DNA of 64,000 nucleotides from Patescibacteria group bacterium (GTDB lineage Bacteria; Patescibacteriota; Gracilibacteria; UBA4473): NCBI GenBank assembly GCA_965660445.1, contig CBFIAK010000001.1, positions 352,001 to 416,000 of the forward strand, read 5' to 3'. Shown piece by piece: positions 58,923 to 64,000 of this stretch (position 1 is its first letter; each line of letters starts with the position of its first letter). The notes under the pieces were generated by a model. It saw only the letters and a program-made list of their open reading frames with translations, ran no database searches and was not told where the DNA came from. The position numbers and the translations under genes were made by a program.

Positions 58923-61295
58923 ATGAAATATTTTCAATACGTTCTCTGTGGATTTTTATTTCTTTCGACAAATGGGTTTGCCGCATTTGTAGATATTGAT
59001 GTAACTCATCCTTATTTTTACGGTATTGAGTATTTGCACCAAAACGATATTATAGAAGGGTATCAATCAGAAAGAGGGGCTGAGTTTCGGTCTTTTTTGC
59101 CAGTTTTGCGTTCAGAGGCTTTAAAAATGATACTTTTGTCAAGTGGAACACCTCTTGTCCCTCATGCGCGAGGAGGTGTTTTTACTGATATTACAGATGA
59201 TCAATGGCATACCCCTTATATTGTCTCGGCGTATAATGAAGGCATTGTAAGCGGATTTCCTGATGGAACGTTTCAGCCGGGATACACGGTGAGTCGAGCT
59301 GAGTTTTTAAAGATGTTATTTTTATCATTTAAGGCTCCTGTTGTTGAAGGGAGTGGATCAGGGTGGTACGAACCGTTTTTTGAAAAAGCAATTGAATGGA
59401 ATATTTTAGAAGAATCACAAACAGATCCAACGCATAAGATGACTCGTGGAGAAGTTGCAGAATCGATTTATCGACTTTCCATTATTGCTTCTGAAGGGTT
59501 TGAATCTCCATATTCTTTTCGAGGATTCGGAGAATCGAGTTATTATGGGTTTGAGTTTGCAAACAGATCCACAGCGAATGGAGAAGTATATGACCCACTT
59601 CTTTTAACGGCGGCACACAGAACTTTGCCATTTGGAACATATCTTCGAGTGACTCATGATGGGAAATCAGTTGTCGTTCGGGTCAATGACAGAGGTCCAT
59701 ATCATAATAAACGAGTGCTTGATTTATCACAGAGAGCGTTTGAAACACTGGCTCCTTTATCTCGAGGCGTTATTGATATTACTTTTGAGGTTGTTTCTGG
59801 TCCAGATGTGCCAAAACCTGAAATTCCAGACAATGTTCTCTCGGTTTTAGATACGGAGTCTCAACAGATATTAGTGCCGGATTCAGTGAGTGCTGCTCGT
59901 GAAAACAATGGGGATAGGTCTGGACGACAAGTGCTTTTCGATGAAACAATCGCTCATATTCCTACTGATTTTTTTCCGGGGTTACAATTACGTCGTACAT
60001 TTCCACGAATAATACCAAGAGGAATACATAAAATTGTAAGTGGTCGAGCGGATCGGTATGGGTATAGAACTATAAAAATTTTCTTACAGCCTGAAGACAA
60101 AAAGAAAGATCAAATTCATTTCGAATCAATATTGTCAGGGAGAAATTTTGAAATTCCGGTTTCGTTTTTAGAAGAAGGCAAATATTCTATGGGAATTGTT
60201 TTTGATGACCAGACTCGTTCACGAGTAGAAACTATTGAAGTACGGACTTTAGAAAAGAAACGATGGTTTTCTTCTGCTGATATGTCGATTCATCCTCATG
60301 TCAGTGTTGGAGTTTTGCCGGAAGATCAAGCGGTTAGTTTTTCGTGGAAAAATGAAGAACGTTCGGTGGTAACGCGTATTGATATCGAACAAGGGCAAAA
60401 AAAGGAAACATTATATATTGAAGATAATCAAGAATCAATATCAGTCCCATATTCGTTTTTTGAGTTTTTTAACGAAAATCAGGATATTACAATATCATTT
60501 GTTCAGGCACTGTCTTCTGATGGGACATTACAAAGCCAGACATCGAATTGGAAAGAAGTTCGTCGAGATTCGTTTGTGTTATGGCAGGGGTTTGAAGATT
60601 TAGAGAAAGAGAGTATTGCTCTTACTCGGTTCCAGCGATATTATCGACCCAATTCTTTGATTCGTTGGGAAGGGAGACGAACAAATGAAGATGTTCAAAT
60701 AAGCGATACTGCATATGTACAACGTCCATCAGGAATCGTGGAAGAAATACCATTGCAAACTGATAATACTGACGGTTTTGTATTAGAATGGAACGCAACT
60801 GAAGAAGGAGTGTATGTATTTCAAGTGAATGCTACAAATGCTGATACGTTATTAAAACGAGCCGTGTATGTATCAGCTAATCAGGTTTTGCCAGTGAAAC
60901 CGTGGATCCATACTCCGTTATCAAATAATGCATTAGTGGGGGTTCGTGATTGGATTAATACGGTTCGTTATCAGTACAATAGACCTGCATTGATGATGGA
61001 TGAGTCTTTGCAGGTACTTGCACAAGAATACGCTGATCATTTAGCTGAGCATCGATTTTTATCACATACCGATATTAAGGGGCGCACATTTAGAACTCGG
61101 TTAGAAGGGAAGAATATGGTGGGGGAGTTTGGAGAAAATTTAAGTATGGCTGATACTCTTGAAAGGGCTTTGTGGGGGTTAGAGACATCGTTATCGCATA
61201 GATATAATTTGTTATTACGTCGTTGGAAAAAAGTAGGTATAGGGGTTGCTACTATTGATGGGGAAGTGTATGTCGTACAGCTTTTTGGTGAATAA
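58923..61295 (+). CDS. SLH + RlpA(DPBB) + CAP multidomain surface protein
   Basis: GIVSGFPDGTF.P...SRAE (SLH); TANGE, TAAHRTLPFG, RVNDRGPY, LDLS (RlpA); SH..GENL..SHRYNLL..VGIG (CAP). Confidence 0.88.
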   Translation: MKYFQYVLCGFLFLSTNGFAAFVDIDVTHPYFYGIEYLHQNDIIEGYQSERGAEFRSFLPVLRSEALKMILLSSGTPLVPHARGGVFTDITDDQWHTPYIVSAYNEGIVSGFPDGTFQPGYTVSRAEFLKMLFLSFKAPVVEGSGSGWYEPFFEKAIEWNILEESQTDPTHKMTRGEVAESIYRLSIIASEGFESPYSFRGFGESSYYGFEFANRSTANGEVYDPLLLTAAHRTLPFGTYLRVTHDGKSVVVRVNDRGPYHNKRVLDLSQRAFETLAPLSRGVIDITFEVVSGPDVPKPEIPDNVLSVLDTESQQILVPDSVSAARENNGDRSGRQVLFDETIAHIPTDFFPGLQLRRTFPRIIPRGIHKIVSGRADRYGYRTIKIFLQPEDKKKDQIHFESILSGRNFEIPVSFLEEGKYSMGIVFDDQTRSRVETIEVRTLEKKRWFSSADMSIHPHVSVGVLPEDQAVSFSWKNEERSVVTRIDIEQGQKKETLYIEDNQESISVPYSFFEFFNENQDITISFVQALSSDGTLQSQTSNWKEVRRDSFVLWQGFEDLEKESIALTRFQRYYRPNSLIRWEGRRTNEDVQISDTAYVQRPSGIVEEIPLQTDNTDGFVLEWNATEEGVYVFQVNATNADTLLKRAVYVSANQVLPVKPWIHTPLSNNALVGVRDWINTVRYQYNRPALMMDESLQVLAQEYADHLAEHRFLSHTDIKGRTFRTRLEGKNMVGEFGENLSMADTLERALWGLETSLSHRYNLLLRRWKKVGIGVATIDGEVYVVQLFGE

Positions 61296-61381
61296 TGGTC
61301 TTTTGTGTTTGGGAAAAGTAATTTGCATTTTCGGGTAAGGGTTCTTACAATAGGAGGTGTTTATAAGCATTATTGTGCGAT

Positions 61382-62680
61382 ATGAAAAAAATAATTCACT
61401 GGAGTACGGTTTGTCTATTTATTTTCGGATTGGTGTGTACAACTATGGCACAATATGTGCCTCTACCACCTTATCCGGTTGAAAACGTTCAAGCAGAAGT
61501 TATTGGAAATACTGTTCGATTAACATGGGACGAAGCAGAAGACCAAGACGGTGGAGTGGTGATTGGCTACCGTATTTATTATGGAACACAGTCTGTAACG
61601 GCTGAAAATGGAAACCAGTATGAAGACGATGTTGTGGTGCATTCAGCACAAACGGAATATGAGTTCACAGATTTAGATTCGGGGACTTATTATTTTGCGG
61701 TAACAGCTCGTGATGACGAAGAATGGGAATCAGATAATTATTCTCATGAAGTTTCAGCTACTCTTGAGGGGACACCATCAGGTACAAATGTGTCAGATGA
61801 TCGGTTTCCAAAGGTGTTGAATGCACAGAGGGTTTCTGCTGGGACTATTCAGGTTGAGATGTCAGAACCTGTGCAGATAGAATCGCCTTTAGATGGATTT
61901 TTTGTGCAAAATAGAGGAACGTATGACGATGTTGTTATACAGAGAGTTGATATTGATGGGGCATATGTGTTTTTAACGGTTGACGAGTCTCATTTAGTGG
62001 AAGGAGAGTATTATGATGTTGTGGCAACATCTTTTGTAGAGGATTTAGACAGCAACCCTGTTGCATCAGGTATTACCGATACCGCTACTTTTCAAGCACA
62101 GGCTATCAATCAGCCAGTGATAGAAGAACCTATTGAGGAAGACGAATTATTTATAGAAGAAGAGCCAGTGGATACTTCAGAAACAGAAGATACCGTGCAA
62201 GTGACACCACCTATGCCAGACGAAGTAATGACTTCACCTCAAGAACCATTACGAGAGTCAGCGCCAGTGCGTGACACGACACCACCCTATGATGCAACAG
62301 ACATGGAAGTTGATAGTGATTCTGTATTTGAGGACTTATACGTTACTCTTTCTTGGGATCCGTCTCGTGATGTTGATGGGGATGTTGTGGATCAGGTGTT
62401 GTTTATTCGGTTGAAAGGGGATGAATGGGATACTGGGTATTCTTTAGGAAAAGATTTAGATGTTATTGAGTTGGATGTTGAGTTAGAGCGTGATTATGAA
62501 GTAAAGTTAGTGACTATTGATAATACAGGAAACGAGTCTGACGGATTGGAGTTTTCGTTTGATACGTATATGCCGTTAGCAGAAAGTGGAGCTGGTGCTT
62601 ATGCGGTTGGGGTCTTGGTTGCTGGGTTTGTGATTTTTTATAGTTTCATGACGGTTCGAAAACGAAACCGATTATATTAG
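61382..62680 (+). CDS. Acidic FN3/Ig-like surface protein with C-terminal anchor
   Basis: Signal peptide; LTW..GYRIYYG..TYYFAVTA FN3; LAESG + TM + RKRNR tail. Confidence 0.82.
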   Translation: MKKIIHWSTVCLFIFGLVCTTMAQYVPLPPYPVENVQAEVIGNTVRLTWDEAEDQDGGVVIGYRIYYGTQSVTAENGNQYEDDVVVHSAQTEYEFTDLDSGTYYFAVTARDDEEWESDNYSHEVSATLEGTPSGTNVSDDRFPKVLNAQRVSAGTIQVEMSEPVQIESPLDGFFVQNRGTYDDVVIQRVDIDGAYVFLTVDESHLVEGEYYDVVATSFVEDLDSNPVASGITDTATFQAQAINQPVIEEPIEEDELFIEEEPVDTSETEDTVQVTPPMPDEVMTSPQEPLRESAPVRDTTPPYDATDMEVDSDSVFEDLYVTLSWDPSRDVDGDVVDQVLFIRLKGDEWDTGYSLGKDLDVIELDVELERDYEVKLVTIDNTGNESDGLEFSFDTYMPLAESGAGAYAVGVLVAGFVIFYSFMTVRKRNRLY

Positions 62681-62684
62681 CACT

Positions 62685-63383
62685 GTGAATAATCAAGAAG
62701 GTATCCGATTACAAAAATTTTTAGCGCAACGGGGCGTTGGGTCTCGTCGGTTTATAGAAGATTGTATTCGTGATGGACGTATTCGTATCAATGGAAAAAG
62801 AGCAGAACTTGGAAATCGAGTAACTGATGTTGATTGTATTGAGTTTGATGGATCTGTAATAAAAAAAGAAAAAGAAGAGCCAGTATGGATTGTGTTTTAT
62901 AAACCTATAGGAGTTGAGTGTACGTGTAGTGTGCCGAGAGAAGGAGAACTTACGCTGTCTTCTTATAATTTTACGGATGTTCGGGTTTTTCCAGTCGGAA
63001 GACTTGATAAAGAATCGGAAGGGTTATTGCTTTTGACCAATGATGGAGAGATGGCAAATCAGTATATGCATCCGCGGTATGAACACGAAAAAGAGTATGA
63101 AGTCGTGTTACAATCACGTATTTCTGATGCTGATTTAGATCAATTAGCGTCGGGTATTGAGATTGAAGAAAAGTTAACAGCCCCTGCTCGGGTAGATCGT
63201 ATAGATGAGTTTTCGTTTCGTATTATTTTAAAAGAAGGGCGAAATCGACAAATTCGTCGTATGTGTGGAATATTGGGATATACAGTATTAGGGCTCAAAA
63301 GAGTACGCATGAACGATTTATACTTAGAAGACTTACGTCCTGGTGAATGGAAAATATTAGAAAACTACACGATAAAAATTTGA
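62685..63383 (+). CDS. rRNA pseudouridine synthase (RsuA/RluB/RluF family)
   Basis: S4 domain RLQKFLA..SRR; GRLDKESEGLLL; EGRNRQIRRM. Confidence 0.95.
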   Translation: MNNQEGIRLQKFLAQRGVGSRRFIEDCIRDGRIRINGKRAELGNRVTDVDCIEFDGSVIKKEKEEPVWIVFYKPIGVECTCSVPREGELTLSSYNFTDVRVFPVGRLDKESEGLLLLTNDGEMANQYMHPRYEHEKEYEVVLQSRISDADLDQLASGIEIEEKLTAPARVDRIDEFSFRIILKEGRNRQIRRMCGILGYTVLGLKRVRMNDLYLEDLRPGEWKILENYTIKI

Positions 63384-63548
63384 CCCTATTTCTGTTTTTT
63401 GTACAATCTTTTGGCATTTTACATTTCTGTATTTCTGTGTTCACTTCCAAAAATTTTCCCCGCGAAATTTTTGAGAGGAGGAGGTTCGGGAATAGTGAAA
63501 GTTGATTTTGAAAAAATCTACTGGAAGTGTAAAATTACCAACGACGAC

Positions 63549-63623
63549 GGCGCGGTAGCTCAGTGGTAGAGCAAAGGACTGAAAATCCTTGTGTCGGTAG
63601 TTCAATTCTACCTCGCGCCACCA
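63549..63623 (+). tRNA. tRNA-Phe (GAA)
   Basis: GGCGCGG TAGCTCAGTGGTAGAGC AAAGGA CT-GAA-AA TCCTT..TTCAAT..TCGCGCC A CCA. Confidence 0.97.
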
Positions 63624-63705
63624 GTCTTCGCTTTGCGACAAGCGAAGCGAGTCGGAAATGGAAGACTGCGCGGCGAAGCTCTCTGAGCGAAGACGGGCTT
63701 CTTAA

Positions 63706-63837
63706 ATGAATTATGAAGTATGAATTAAGGAGAAGCGCCGGAGCTACATGGAATCTTGAATCTAGAATCTTGAATTTTGGTAAAATCACAGGAATCACAA
63801 AAAAATCACAAGGCTTTGCACAGCCTTGTGATTTTTT
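63706..63837. repeat. Heptamer-repeat element related to the 7277-7640 repeat, ending in a terminator-like hairpin
   Basis: 19-nt exact match GGAATCTTGAATCTAGAAT (63750 vs 7366); hairpin AAAAAATCACAAGGCT/AGCCTTGTGATTTTTT. Confidence 0.75.
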
Positions 63838-63951
63838 CCATAATTTATAAATAGCATTTCTTGATTTTTTATTTATTTATATTATTTTAAGATTAGTTCT
63901 TTGACATTATTTTGGAAAAATAGTTATTCATAATTTAAAAGGAGTTTTCTT

Positions 63952-64000
63952 ATGAAAACGCATATTATTCGTTCAATACGATTTATCGTATTTTTTCTGT
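63952..64000 (+). CDS. Start of a gene running off the window
   Basis: AAGGAG RBS then MKTHIIRSIRFIVFFL. Confidence 0.55.
   Translation, partial: MKTHIIRSIRFIVFFL

Noticed and set aside
1-64000. Genetic code 25 (UGA=Gly) as in some Gracilibacteria
   Set aside because: Long conserved genes are intact in code 11 with no internal TGA, and TGA ends genes such as pyrG

Overview
AT-rich bacterial chromosome read in standard code 11. The reduced housekeeping set, T-rich mostly SD-less leaders, VirB2-like pilins and DUF5665/DUF5659-like genes suggest a Patescibacteria (CPR) genome; this taxonomy is inference. The backbone carries cysS (partial), ADP-forming acetate-CoA ligase, rpiB, greA, rpmA, rsmH, transketolase, tilS, pyrG, infC-rpmI-rplT, holA, tsaE, ssb, ndk, a pseudouridine synthase, three tRNAs (CAU/Ile2, Asn, Phe) and many cell-envelope proteins. 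An ~18.2 kb integrative element (17295-35545) sits at the 3' end of tRNA-Asn between identical 17-bp repeats. It encodes an XRE regulator, type I R-M with two extra genes inside it, Fic, an M48 peptidase, a Gabija-like OLD+UvrD pair, a frameshifted terminase-small-like gene, a lambda-O-like replication protein with iterons and a large serine recombinase. Best leads: (1) the att site lies inside the recombinase gene, so integration/excision swaps its C-terminus, and the same DNA supplies a replacement tRNA terminator; (2) two paralogous signal-less proteins share an ~400-aa N-terminus but end in different peptidoglycan-enzyme domains; (3) an unknown two-gene cassette between hsdM and hsdS; (4) a heptamer-based repeat family next to two distant tRNA genes. 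All family assignments come from motif recognition by eye; no searches were run.
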